IMG/VR virus record: IMGVR_UViG_3300049063_000008
Location: 1-57,692 of that record
Reading direction: 5' to 3' (one strand)
Length of the DNA stretch: 57,692 bases
Source of the DNA: a virus
Lineage: Duplodnaviria; Caudoviricetes
How positions within the stretch are numbered: position 1 is the first letter of the stretch; every line of letters starts with the position of its first letter. The translations under genes and the position numbers were made by a program. The notes beneath the pieces are model-generated. The model did no database searches. It was given only the letters and a program-made list of their open reading frames with translations, and was not told where the DNA came from. Shown here piece by piece: positions 36,024-44,269 of the stretch.

Positions 36024-36266
36024 TTAAACCTCCACTCTTGTGTAATTGTACTCTAGACAAGCAATCATGCCATCGAGGTACTGGTACATTTCTCTTGCCT
36101 CTAGCAGCAAGCCGTTCAATGGTGTCTCGCTGCTGTCCGTATTTATCTCCCACAATCTATAGCCAGTACCCCTACCCATGCCTTGGCCCTGAACGTAAAA
36201 ATTGCGGCCGGAGATACGATTGAGGTAACTAACCTTGCGCTGTAGCACCCCCGTCGTTACTCTCAT
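36024..36266 (-). CDS. Hypothetical protein
   Basis: GGAGG RBS. Confidence 0.6.
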   Translation of the reverse strand: MRVTTGVLQRKVSYLNRISGRNFYVQGQGMGRGTGYRLWEINTDSSETPLNGLLLEAREMYQYLDGMIACLEYNYTRVEV

Positions 36267-36467
36267 CTAAGCCTCCTTGGTTAGAAGTTCAAGGTTGTTC
36301 TCTGTAACGTAGTCGTATGAGTACAGTCCATGCTTAATTGGAACACGTACCCTACTAGGGTCACGCTTCCAAGTGTGGACCTGCCCGCTAACCTTCCAGC
36401 GTTTGTTATCGCTGGTTAGAAGAATATCACCGGGCTTTAGATTCTTGGCCTCTTCAAGCGTCAACAT
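36267..36467 (-). CDS. Hypothetical SH3-like protein
   Basis: LKPGD...RWKVSG...TWKRDP.R.RVPIKHGLY. Confidence 0.65.
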   Translation of the reverse strand: MLTLEEAKNLKPGDILLTSDNKRWKVSGQVHTWKRDPSRVRVPIKHGLYSYDYVTENNLELLTKEA

Positions 36468-36846
36468 TCATTGCTCGCTTTCTTTGCTCGATTTTGAGAA
36501 TCTCTCTTAGCTGCGCTCTTGAAAAACTGTCGCCTCGGGTACGCCAAAGTGCGCGGATCTGATTCTTGCGCCACTCCGGTAAGGTAGATTCCTTAATTTC
36601 CCTAAACATGATCTACAAAGATGTGCGTCCAGTACGCTCCTACGGTAATCATGGTGATACCCCGAAACGAGAACATTTGTCTAAAAAACATCTTCATACT
36701 CTAGCTCCGTATTAGGGATCAAAGGTGAATTCCAAATCAAGGTCAGTGTACCTTTGTAGTCTTGAATGGTATAAAGCTCGTTCTCTTGACCATCAATGTC
36801 TAGTTCACGATCAATGATCTTGTCTAGTTGTAGTCTAGCTTCTGCT

Positions 36847-37200
36847 CTAGTCACGCTTCACCAACTCCATTAGCTTGTCGGTAGCGAAGTATTCTGCATC
36901 TTCTGGGCCGATTGGCCTTGTCTCGATCAACTCCCATTCATGGAGCCATTCTACAACTTCTTTACGAGTCGTCAATAGATGCCAGTTCTCACTGTTGTAA
37001 CTATGTGATGAACGCTCACCAAACCAGTACCAATCGAAACTTGAGATATACTCCGATTCGCGCTCGATGTGGAGAATTGCCCATCCCGTTCCCTTAGAAG
37101 TAACCGCCATAGGATCAACGGGAACATCAATTCTTACGATGATGTCGCCCCGCTGTACTTTCGGCTCCATATTGTCTGCGTAGATGTCTGGCCTAGTCAT
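36847..37200 (-). CDS. Hypothetical protein
   Basis: Coupled ORF. Confidence 0.55.
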   Translation of the reverse strand: MTRPDIYADNMEPKVQRGDIIVRIDVPVDPMAVTSKGTGWAILHIERESEYISSFDWYWFGERSSHSYNSENWHLLTTRKEVVEWLHEWELIETRPIGPEDAEYFATDKLMELVKRD

Positions 37201-37420
37201 TAGGAAGGATTCCTCTTTCCTTTAGCATGGCGATGTACTGATCGTATACTTTCTGCCTACTTCCCTTAAATCCAAACTCACGCTTGACGTGGGCAAATGT
37301 GCTACCGCCCTTAAATCTTAGTCCCATTAGCTCTAGCTTCAATCTTCCCTTGATTGAGAGGAGGCGAACAGCTTCAATACCTTCTGGTGTGTCAATCATA
37401 ATGCCCATTAGTCCTCCCAC
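37193..37420 (-). CDS. Hypothetical protein
   Basis: LKLELMGL...KREFGFKGSRQKV. Confidence 0.6.
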   Translation of the reverse strand: MGGLMGIMIDTPEGIEAVRLLSIKGRLKLELMGLRFKGGSTFAHVKREFGFKGSRQKVYDQYIAMLKERGILPND

Positions 37421-37695
37421 AATTCGCTGATGGGGTAAATGTCGGGATCAGGTGAACACGCATCTAGAAACTTTAGTGGATCAAACTTCGGATTATCTTC
37501 CTTGAATCTTTTAGCGAAGCTAAGTGCAAGATTGACTAGTGCTGCAACAGCATAGTATCTTGCTTTCCGCTCTTTCCGCATAGACTCAAATTCTGGCGTA
37601 TAGAAATCCATCTCGATTTTGAGAGGCTCTCTGATTTCTTTAGCAATAGCGTTGTAGTGCGCTCTATGGAACAGTGGTTCTTTGCGTTTAGCCAT
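37408..37695 (-). CDS. Hypothetical protein
   Basis: HYNAIA...DNPKFD..KFLDAC. Confidence 0.65.
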   Translation of the reverse strand: MAKRKEPLFHRAHYNAIAKEIREPLKIEMDFYTPEFESMRKERKARYYAVAALVNLALSFAKRFKEDNPKFDPLKFLDACSPDPDIYPISELWED

Positions 37696-37988
37696 TACTT
37701 CACCTTCCTTACTGGATGGTGCCCGCGCTTCAAGACTGAGCGTTCCATATCCCGCAAGCACTCATCGGTTGCGTGAACTCCGTACTCTGAGGGATACGTC
37801 TCTTTTCTGTCTGCTCTAACAGCTTCGATGAAAGCAATGACAGGATTGGTATATGCCATTTCTGCCCTATCTAGCGTCTTTGGAATCTCATCCTCTGAAC
37901 TAGCATAGTAGTGGAAAACCCCCCACACATCTTCACCGTCGTTTTTCTCGTTGATACGGCTAACGACGTAACCGTTGTCTGCGCTCAT
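37695..37988 (-). CDS. Hypothetical protein
   Basis: MSADNG...EYGV. Confidence 0.6.
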   Translation of the reverse strand: MSADNGYVVSRINEKNDGEDVWGVFHYYASSEDEIPKTLDRAEMAYTNPVIAFIEAVRADRKETYPSEYGVHATDECLRDMERSVLKRGHHPVRKVK

Positions 37989-38500
37989 CTTTCAAAGCTC
38001 CCTTCTTCGACTACTACCGTTGTTTTGCAATCCGGGCATCTGCCCCTAGCTGTTCTTTCGCGCAGCCTATGACGTAGCCAAAAGCGACCACAGGTGGGGC
38101 AGCTTAGTTTCCATTGGTAGGGCTTACTCATTACTATTCCTGGATCGTCGTCGCTCCAACATCTTTCGGGATCAGCGCCAATTCTACGGCAGACGTGCTT
38201 CCAGTAGAAGCCGTGGCCTTTGCCCGCACTGCCATACTCTTTATATGCTAGAGCATGTGCGATTTCGTGCAGAATGGTGTCTCGGATCTTCTCCATGTCG
38301 GAGAGTACAAAGTGCTCCGAGATTTCGATTAGCTGCTTAATGTACCAACAGTATCCGAAAGCGTTTAGTGTTTTGGAGAGCTGGAAGGTCCAATCATGCA
38401 GACCGTGTTCGTCCATGAGTTGTCTCGCCAGTTTGCTAACTTCTGCGGCACGTTCAAGCTCCGCAAGAATTGGACTACTATCGCTGACTACTTTGAACAT
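37985..38500 (-). CDS. SprT-like zinc metalloprotease
   Basis: TILHEIAH...GHG..WK...IG plus C-terminal CxxC...CxxC. Confidence 0.85.
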   Translation of the reverse strand: MFKVVSDSSPILAELERAAEVSKLARQLMDEHGLHDWTFQLSKTLNAFGYCWYIKQLIEISEHFVLSDMEKIRDTILHEIAHALAYKEYGSAGKGHGFYWKHVCRRIGADPERCWSDDDPGIVMSKPYQWKLSCPTCGRFWLRHRLRERTARGRCPDCKTTVVVEEGSFER

Positions 38501-38673
38501 CTGATGATTACGCTCATATCCGGTTCAATGTGAAAGACGACACCCTCAATGTTGATACGAAGTGCCCATTTATTCGTACCATCGTTGAGAAACTTTCGTA
38601 CAGCTTCGCGGATATCAGTTTCTCGGACACTATCCTTGGTTGGATGGATTGTATGTACCTCGTAAAGTTCCAT
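38488..38673 (-). CDS. Hypothetical protein
   Basis: Coupled ORF. Confidence 0.5.
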   Translation of the reverse strand: MELYEVHTIHPTKDSVRETDIREAVRKFLNDGTNKWALRINIEGVVFHIEPDMSVIIRCSK

Positions 38674-38988
38674 TTAGTCAACCTTTGCCATGTTCCCGAC
38701 GTTTACAAGCACTGAGGAGATTGTGTACTCTCCGTACTTCTCTCTGAATGCGGCATCGCCCATGTAGTGATCTTCTCCCTGTTTGTAGGGAATGTTCACT
38801 ACTGCGCTGATGTTGCCGTATGGGTGGATGTAAAAGCCCTCGATTGTTCCGATGAGGCTATTCTCGCGCTCTGCGAAAACCTTTACCTTATCTCCAACTT
38901 TGAATCCAACATGTGAGATTGACTCCATTATGAGTACTCCAACTTCTTCATTAGCTCCTCGACTTGATGCTTTTCGCCGATGGTGCAA
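38674..38988 (-). CDS. Hypothetical KOW/SH3-like protein
   Basis: FKVGDKVKV...GTIEG; start probably near 38931. Confidence 0.5.
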   Translation of the reverse strand: MHHRRKASSRGANEEVGVLIMESISHVGFKVGDKVKVFAERENSLIGTIEGFYIHPYGNISAVVNIPYKQGEDHYMGDAAFREKYGEYTISSVLVNVGNMAKVD

Positions 38989-39097
38989 GTGTTGTAAAGC
39001 TTCTCGTAAAGCTCTACGTTCAATGGATTGGAAACTCTACCAACTGCGGCAGTGATATAAACCAAATCGCCTAGTTCCTCTGAAAGCTCAATCTGCA

Positions 39098-39304
39098 TTA
39101 CTGCAACCTCAATTCACTATTGCGACATGTAAACCTAACTGGACGAGCCTGACTAGGATCACTACTATCCAAAAGAATGATGTTGATTCCATTCTCGTTT
39201 ACTCCGATGGACAGTACGGCGGGCTTTGTTCCATCTTGCTCTACGATCCTGATTCTGGCTCTGTTCTCAGAATCTTTTGCTGCATAGTCAATGATTGTTG
39301 CCAT
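39098..39304 (-). CDS. Hypothetical protein
   Basis: AAAGGA RBS. Confidence 0.55.
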   Translation of the reverse strand: MATIIDYAAKDSENRARIRIVEQDGTKPAVLSIGVNENGINIILLDSSDPSQARPVRFTCRNSELRLQ

Positions 39305-39318
39305 TGCTTTCCTTTCTC

Positions 39319-39446
39319 AGTAGGGTTAGTGAAGGGTATTGAGAACGTCCGTTTCGGATCATTGGCACGAGATACTAGGAATCGAACCTAGAGGACCTCC
39401 GCTTTTATCCCGCCCTACCCGCTCAATACCCTTCACCAACCCTACT
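39319..39446 (-). ncRNA. Long-stem RNA enclosing a tRNA minihelix
   Basis: 25-bp stem with one G-U on the - strand; inside GCGGGATA/TATCTCGT + CTAGG-TTCGATT-CCTAG + GCCA. Confidence 0.7.
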
Positions 39447-39468
39447 TTGATTCAGGGTTGGGTTTTGT

Positions 39469-39537
39469 AGGGAGAGCCTTTGCCCTGTTATTGTACGCTC
39501 TCCCTTATCTATGCCGCCATAATGCCGGGGGCGACAT
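39469..39537 (-). ncRNA. Two tandem hairpins
   Basis: ATGTCGCC/GGCGGCAT and AGGGAGAGC/GCTCTCCCT. Confidence 0.45.
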
Positions 39538-39546
39538 TTCTGTGCT

Positions 39547-39837
39547 TTACAGATGGACGATGTAGAGGTTGTCGTCCTTGCGAATCAGACGCCAAACCTG
39601 CTTCAACTCCAACTTATTGATTCGACTGCCGATTGAGGTATAGAGGCTATCCGTCTTTTTACCCTCGAACGGGGAACCATCGACGCCGTTGAGCTGGATG
39701 AGGAAAGTTCCCTCGTTATCCTTGCTCCACGTATCGTAAAACTCGCCGAGGTTCTTGAGGAAAGCGTCAACTGCACCACGAACTCGGGCAGATGCCTCAA
39801 TTTCCTTTGCGGTAGTCTCATCGACTACTGTGAACAT
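39547..39837 (-). CDS. Hypothetical protein, paralog 2 (ncRNA-associated family)
   Basis: AAAGGAG RBS before MFTVVD; aligns by eye with 31500..31802. Confidence 0.75.
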   Translation of the reverse strand: MFTVVDETTAKEIEASARVRGAVDAFLKNLGEFYDTWSKDNEGTFLIQLNGVDGSPFEGKKTDSLYTSIGSRINKLELKQVWRLIRKDDNLYIVHL

Positions 39838-39947
39838 CTTGCGCTCCTTTAGTTGATTGCACCATCTTACTTCTTCTAGCAATTGTGGACTTTCTGCGAA
39901 TGAACTTCTTAGGGCTGTACGCGCTCTGTATTCGGCTAGTGTCTCAA

Positions 39948-40178
39948 TTACTCGACCACCACCTTTCCGTTGCGCTTTACGATCTTACCGTAGAACTTGC
40001 GATTGGTGAAGGGACATGGGCCAACGAAAGTGTAGCATCCATCTGGCGCAGTGTCAAGTGGCCCATCGTACTCGTTATCCAACATTGATGTTGCTTCTAG
40101 AATGATGTTGGGTACGTGTTCCTTTACTTCTTTCTTAGAGCGTGGTCTGATATGGTTCTCTAGAAATAGACCCTGCAA
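39948..40178 (-). CDS. Hypothetical protein
   Basis: RPRSKKEVK...EATSM...EYDG...VGP.P...RKFY. Confidence 0.65.
   Translation of the reverse strand: MQGLFLENHIRPRSKKEVKEHVPNIILEATSMLDNEYDGPLDTAPDGCYTFVGPCPFTNRKFYGKIVKRNGKVVVE
40029..40057 (-). promoter_or_regulatory. Intragenic promoter upstream of paralog 2
   Basis: TTGACA-N17-TACACT with extended TG. Confidence 0.7.
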
Positions 40179-40420
40179 TTGTTTACCCCCGTCTAAGAAT
40201 TTCGATGAACTCTAGATAGAGCTTGATTTCACGGAACAAGAGTCCGATGCCGTTCATGATTTATTCCTCTTGTTCCATTACTTCCACGTCAACTACCATG
40301 CAGTTTTCTGAATCGGCAATACTATGCGCCCATTCATCAGCATCTTTTCGTGCTGATTCCAAATCAGGATACGGTAATCCTGTATCCATTAGACGAATAG
40401 TAAAGTTGTAGAGCTTCATT

Positions 40421-40618
40421 TTACCACATCGCCTCCACGTACTCTAGAAAGTAAGGCACTAGAGCGTCATCGTAAAAGGGGTCTAATGTCTTTGGCATGT
40501 TGTTAGCGATTGTCGGGCGGTGAGCGTGAAGCACGTTGAAATATGTCTGACCCATTCGCCAATCGGTATGGGCTACTTTTTGTTTCGTGACTTCTCTTAG
40601 ATAGTCGGCAAATGTCAT
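40421..40618 (-). CDS. Hypothetical protein
   Basis: WRMGQTYFNVL...P...LDPFY. Confidence 0.65.
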   Translation of the reverse strand: MTFADYLREVTKQKVAHTDWRMGQTYFNVLHAHRPTIANNMPKTLDPFYDDALVPYFLEYVEAMW

Positions 40619-40854
40619 CTACAATTACCACACCCTTTCCAGGTAAGAGGCATTTTCGTGGGATCAAAAGTGTCCAACCCATATTTCTTGAGCCTACAGA
40701 AACATTCATAGGGATCAGTAATTGCGCCCAGCAACTCTAGGTGCGTTCGCATTCCTGATCCCGAATGCTCTCTCTGGAACATTGCAACCAGTTCTTCTAT
40801 CGGATTTAGCTCTGTACGTTCCTCCATGTGTTGTAGATATCTCTGCAAATCCAT
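40615..40854 (-). CDS. Hypothetical protein
   Basis: GGAGGGAG RBS. Confidence 0.55.
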   Translation of the reverse strand: MDLQRYLQHMEERTELNPIEELVAMFQREHSGSGMRTHLELLGAITDPYECFCRLKKYGLDTFDPTKMPLTWKGCGNCR

Positions 40855-40916
40855 CTATTCGCGCTCCCTCCGGTAAAACAAACTTTGGCAAACGGCAAAC
40901 TAGCGGTTTTACCAAC

Positions 40917-41056
40917 TATCCTAGTAATACTCAATGCTACACACTTGGATCACTTTGCTACACCATATATCGCACTATGTATTACTAGGATATAGTCCAA
41001 ATACCGGGGATTTGCAGGGATTTCACCCAAAATGTCCCCTAGTAATACATAGTGCG
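40917..41056. repeat. Three alternating-orientation copies of CCTAGTAATAC forming two inverted repeats
   Basis: 40917-40930/40979-40992 (14 bp) and 40971-40989/41038-41056 (19 bp). Confidence 0.8.
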
Positions 41057-41104
41057 GTATAGAGAGCGTGTGGTAGAAAACCTGTGTTCGCTTTTTGAAC
41101 TTTA

Positions 41105-41317
41105 TTAGGGGACAATCGGCCCGCAGCGATGATTGCCCATTGTTACACAGTTCCACAGTGGGCTATCCTCTTCGATCCTCCACTTTGCTGCGCTTTGCTC
41201 TCTTTTGGCCTGTTGCCTTTCCTGCTCTAGCTCTCCCTGCCGCTCGATTGCTCCAACTGTGCCCATTGCGAGCACAAAAGAAAGAGCAACTGCGCCGGTA
41301 GCTACGCGCTGTTTCAC
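41105..41317 (-). CDS. Small exported/membrane protein
   Basis: AGGAGG RBS; N-terminal hydrophobic helix; EEDSP.WNC.TMGN..CG. Confidence 0.7.
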   Translation of the reverse strand: MKQRVATGAVALSFVLAMGTVGAIERQGELEQERQQAKREQSAAKWRIEEDSPLWNCVTMGNHRCGPIVP

Positions 41318-41337
41318 TTGATCCTCCTGTGGTGGTG

Positions 41338-41440
41338 TACCCTCAAATAACCCCTAATCCAAGTAAGCCTATGGTCTAGTCTCGCTGCGCTCTATGTGTG
41401 CAGTATGCCACAGTTAGCGACTAGGGGTTAGTTGAGGGTA
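41338..41440 (-). ncRNA. Intergenic long-stem structured RNA
   Basis: TACCCTCAA-C-TAACCCCTAGTC/GATTAGGGGTTA-T-TTGAGGGTA. Confidence 0.5.
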
Positions 41441-41441
41441 G

Positions 41442-41534
41442 TTACCCCTTCCTGACAACTACTAGGAAGGGGATACCCTTGCGAGTGTAGTGGATGGTCT
41501 TACTGAGAATGACGGGGAAACCGTAGTTATGCAT
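41442..41534 (-). CDS. Small protein (30 aa)
   Basis: AGGAGGG RBS; MHNYGFPVILSKTIHYTRKGIPFLVVVRKG; first ORF after the promoter. Confidence 0.5.
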   Translation of the reverse strand: MHNYGFPVILSKTIHYTRKGIPFLVVVRKG

Positions 41535-41582
41535 TCCCTTCCCTCCTATGTGGCGTATAGCCTGTACTGTGCTGCTAGGTAC

Positions 41583-41621
41583 AGTGTAGGGCTTGACCGT
41601 GTTGTTGTCAAGCCCTACCCT
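41583..41621. promoter_or_regulatory. Overlapping divergent promoters in an inverted repeat
   Basis: - strand TTGACA-N17-TACACT (41611-41583); + strand TTGACC-N17-TACCCT (41593-41621); inverted repeat TAGGGCTTGAC/GTCAAGCCCTA. Confidence 0.7.
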
Positions 41622-41629
41622 CTACCTAT

Positions 41630-41947
41630 CTACTGCGTGTTGCCGTGGATGCTGCCCATCTGTGCCATTAGTGCTCTATCGTCGCGCTTGGCCGCAACGT
41701 ACACCATTGCGCGCTTGCGCTCTAGTCCAACTCTGCGCGTATGCTGTCTGTGCTGCTTAGACGGCTTCCAGCGTGGTGACACTCTAACCTCAGTGCCATC
41801 TACGATGCCCTTCCATCGCAACCCTGCGGGCGGGGCAATGATCGGCTTAGGCGAGAGAGCCTGTACTGTCTGCATCCTAGCGCGTTCGATGCGCTCCTTG
41901 CGCTGCGTGCGCGTCTCTGCGTTGCGCTCGTAAAGCTTGTGCTCCAT
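41630..41947 (-). CDS. Basic Arg-rich early protein
   Basis: AAGGAG RBS; first gene of the - strand block. Confidence 0.6.
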   Translation of the reverse strand: MEHKLYERNAETRTQRKERIERARMQTVQALSPKPIIAPPAGLRWKGIVDGTEVRVSPRWKPSKQHRQHTRRVGLERKRAMVYVAAKRDDRALMAQMGSIHGNTQ

Positions 41948-42085
41948 GGTGTACGCTCCTTGTCTGAGCTATGTGGCGCTGAGGCCCTTTCAACTTCCTT
42001 GCACTAGGTACTTTACTCTGTCTAGCTTGATTTTGTGGTGACAGTCACCCAGTACCTCCAATTTGTTAATTGGTGTTGTCAGGTC

Positions 42086-42114
42086 TGGCAACGCGCCATA
42101 CGTGCCTGTACCCT
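42086..42114 (+). promoter_or_regulatory. Putative promoter giving a leaderless late mRNA
   Basis: TGGCAA-N17-TACCCT, 7 nt before ATG 42122; no SD. Confidence 0.5.
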
Positions 42115-42121
42115 CTCTCGC

Positions 42122-42535
42122 ATGGATGAAACTAACAAAGACCCACTAGACAATAACGACAAGCTATCCGAGGCATTCTCGTATTCTCCTGTTCCGGACT
42201 CTCCTGACAAAGAAGCTGTAGAGGCGAGACTACGTGAGGAGTATGCGAAGTATCAGCAGGCTCTAGAACAGGAATGGGAAACTGGCGTAGCTTACGAAAA
42301 GGGTGAACTTACGCCAACGCAGATTAGAGACAAGACGCGGGAACTCTTAACTCAGGGTGTTCCTAAAGCAGTAGCTAGTATGCTACATCTTGCCCAACAC
42401 GCTCGTTCTGAACAGGTGCAAATGGGCGCTGCTAAGTTCATCATTGAACGCGCAATCGGCAAAGAGGGTACAGGACTCGTTGGCGATCCTCTAGAAACTC
42501 TACTCGCTAAGATGCATAGCGACAACAGTGAGTGA
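42122..42535 (+). CDS. Putative small terminase subunit
   Basis: First + strand gene; helical PKAVASMLHLA...SEQVQMGAAKFIIER..GK pattern. Confidence 0.55.
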   Translation: MDETNKDPLDNNDKLSEAFSYSPVPDSPDKEAVEARLREEYAKYQQALEQEWETGVAYEKGELTPTQIRDKTRELLTQGVPKAVASMLHLAQHARSEQVQMGAAKFIIERAIGKEGTGLVGDPLETLLAKMHSDNSE

Positions 42536-42947
42536 TTTAGTTCTCACAGGTGCCGCAGTTGGCTTACAGTCCCTAGAGGGTCTACTATTCGATTCCAACA
42601 AGCCATTTACATACTGCGGCATCTGTGGTGCAGTTTTTCAACATGAAGCCGACCGCTCTCCCATCAAAGTCTACCAGCAGCAACCAGCAGACTTTTCACA
42701 CAGACTAGAGAACGTTGCCTTGTTTGCATTAGGCGAACGTAAAAGATGGTCGCAAAAACACGCTAAGTTACACTCTAGCACTGAACATCGCCTTTTAGCT
42801 CTTAGTGGTAGGCACTTAACGCCTGAGGCTCAACACAAACTAGCGGCATTTGGAGTAATCGACGTAAAGGGGCTAGTACTGGACGATGAGATTGAACACG
42901 CCCTAAATAGCAGTTCAGCAGTGCCACAAAACGACGCGGAGGGTTAA
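42528..42947 (+). CDS. Hypothetical Zn-binding protein
   Basis: CGICG...HAKLH. Confidence 0.6.
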   Translation: MSDLVLTGAAVGLQSLEGLLFDSNKPFTYCGICGAVFQHEADRSPIKVYQQQPADFSHRLENVALFALGERKRWSQKHAKLHSSTEHRLLALSGRHLTPEAQHKLAAFGVIDVKGLVLDDEIEHALNSSSAVPQNDAEG

Positions 42948-43355
42948 ATGCCAACGTACGAAATCATCTGGGAAACAGGTGAGCACAGTTTAGCGAACTA
43001 CGATAGTGACGAAGAAATGCTGCTAGCAGTAAGTGGACAGCACGAACGAGCAAAGAACGGTCAGCCCGGTGGCCCTGCTGGTCAGCCAGCACTTCGAGCA
43101 GTTAAGGTGCTAAAGTACGATAAGGACCCTGGGGACATGCCTGAGACGCTATCTACAGAAGTTGCAAAGGAAGAACTTTCAGCACTGTTGGACGAATTCG
43201 CAGAAGATGGTGTTGTAGCACTTGACCGTTTCCCTGAGATTGCCGCTCGCGCACGTAGTAGTATGGTGCCAAGAACTAGCGCCCACGATTCAAATTACAA
43301 GATGAAGGAAGTCAAGGAATTCTCGCTAGACGATATTGAGAAGGCGGCGGCGTAA
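42948..43355 (+). CDS. Hypothetical protein
   Basis: GGAGG RBS. Confidence 0.65.
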   Translation: MPTYEIIWETGEHSLANYDSDEEMLLAVSGQHERAKNGQPGGPAGQPALRAVKVLKYDKDPGDMPETLSTEVAKEELSALLDEFAEDGVVALDRFPEIAARARSSMVPRTSAHDSNYKMKEVKEFSLDDIEKAAA

Positions 43356-43859
43356 ATGGCTGTTATTGCTTTCCAGCGACTTTCACAGCTAGTCACAGAC
43401 TACGTAATGGGGGCTTCTGGCTCTATTGTGCCTCCAACAGATTGGCGTTTGGCACTAGCAGCCAATAACGTAGGTTCAGGCGGCGGTACAGACTATGCTA
43501 GAAACTCGGTGTTCAGTGCATCAGTCTCGGGTACGAACATCAACGAGATTGGTGCAACAACCGCTGCTGGTTACGCTCGACAAACAATTGCGAAGTCGAT
43601 CAACCAGGCAGGCATTGACTGGGGCACCAGTACGTTTGACTCTACTTTCGCAACTGGCGGTCAGAGCACAACTGCCGACCAAGTTACGTTCGGAGCATTC
43701 TCCGGTGCGCCTTCTCCTAACGGTGCAGATTCGTGGGTACTTGCAGACGGTTCTACACTTAACGCAGGAAACCCATACATGGCAGGAGACACTGCTGCTA
43801 CTAGAACCTTTGCACTTAACGACACGGAGAAAGTTACTGTAACTCTAAAAGCGGGTTAA
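43356..43859 (+). CDS. Putative virion fibre/decoration protein
   Basis: LAL...NE...GYARQ.I...VTF pattern, Gly/Thr/Ala-rich. Confidence 0.6.
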   Translation: MAVIAFQRLSQLVTDYVMGASGSIVPPTDWRLALAANNVGSGGGTDYARNSVFSASVSGTNINEIGATTAAGYARQTIAKSINQAGIDWGTSTFDSTFATGGQSTTADQVTFGAFSGAPSPNGADSWVLADGSTLNAGNPYMAGDTAATRTFALNDTEKVTVTLKAG

Positions 43860-43876
43860 CGATCTTACCCACAAAT

Positions 43877-43923
43877 GCCCCGTCCCGAAGTTGACTTAAT
43901 GCCGGCTAAGGGACGGGGCTTTT
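43877..43923 (+). terminator. Intrinsic terminator
   Basis: GCCCCGTCCC...GGGACGGGGC then TTTT. Confidence 0.7.
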
Positions 43924-43936
43924 CATTGGAGCAACA

Positions 43937-44269
43937 ATGGCCTTGTACGATCGTCTAGTAGGTTATGCAGACGATGGAACTCTCGCAGAATTTAGAATTC
44001 CCATTCATGCATTCTCTAGTCTACTAGCTGAGTTTGCGCGTGGTAGTTTAACTGGCGCAGAAGCACAAGCCGGAATTACATTGGTGTCAGGTGCGCCTTT
44101 AGATGCCGGTGAAATTGCTGAGGTTAATGCGCTCCTAGCAACAGTTGCGGGATCAGTTACAGCTAAGATTGCTCGCGCCAATTTAATTAATGACGTACTG
44201 ATGTTGTCAGAATTTCGTATTGTTCAATACAATACTCCGACTAAAGTAAAAGCTAAACTTGGCGTTTAA
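43937..44269 (+). CDS. Hypothetical protein
   Basis: GGAG RBS. Confidence 0.65.
   Translation: MALYDRLVGYADDGTLAEFRIPIHAFSSLLAEFARGSLTGAEAQAGITLVSGAPLDAGEIAEVNALLATVAGSVTAKIARANLINDVLMLSEFRIVQYNTPTKVKAKLGV

Noticed and set aside
39355-39415. Twister ribozyme-like words (GGAUAAAAGCGGAGG, UGCCAAUG)
   Set aside because: The conserved P4 loop and UAA cleavage motif are missing
41490-41933. 147-aa + strand ORF
   Set aside because: Antisense to an RBS-bearing gene and spans a promoter; composition is implausible
12108-41947. Integrase or lysogeny module
   Set aside because: No tyrosine or serine recombinase motifs recognised in any ORF
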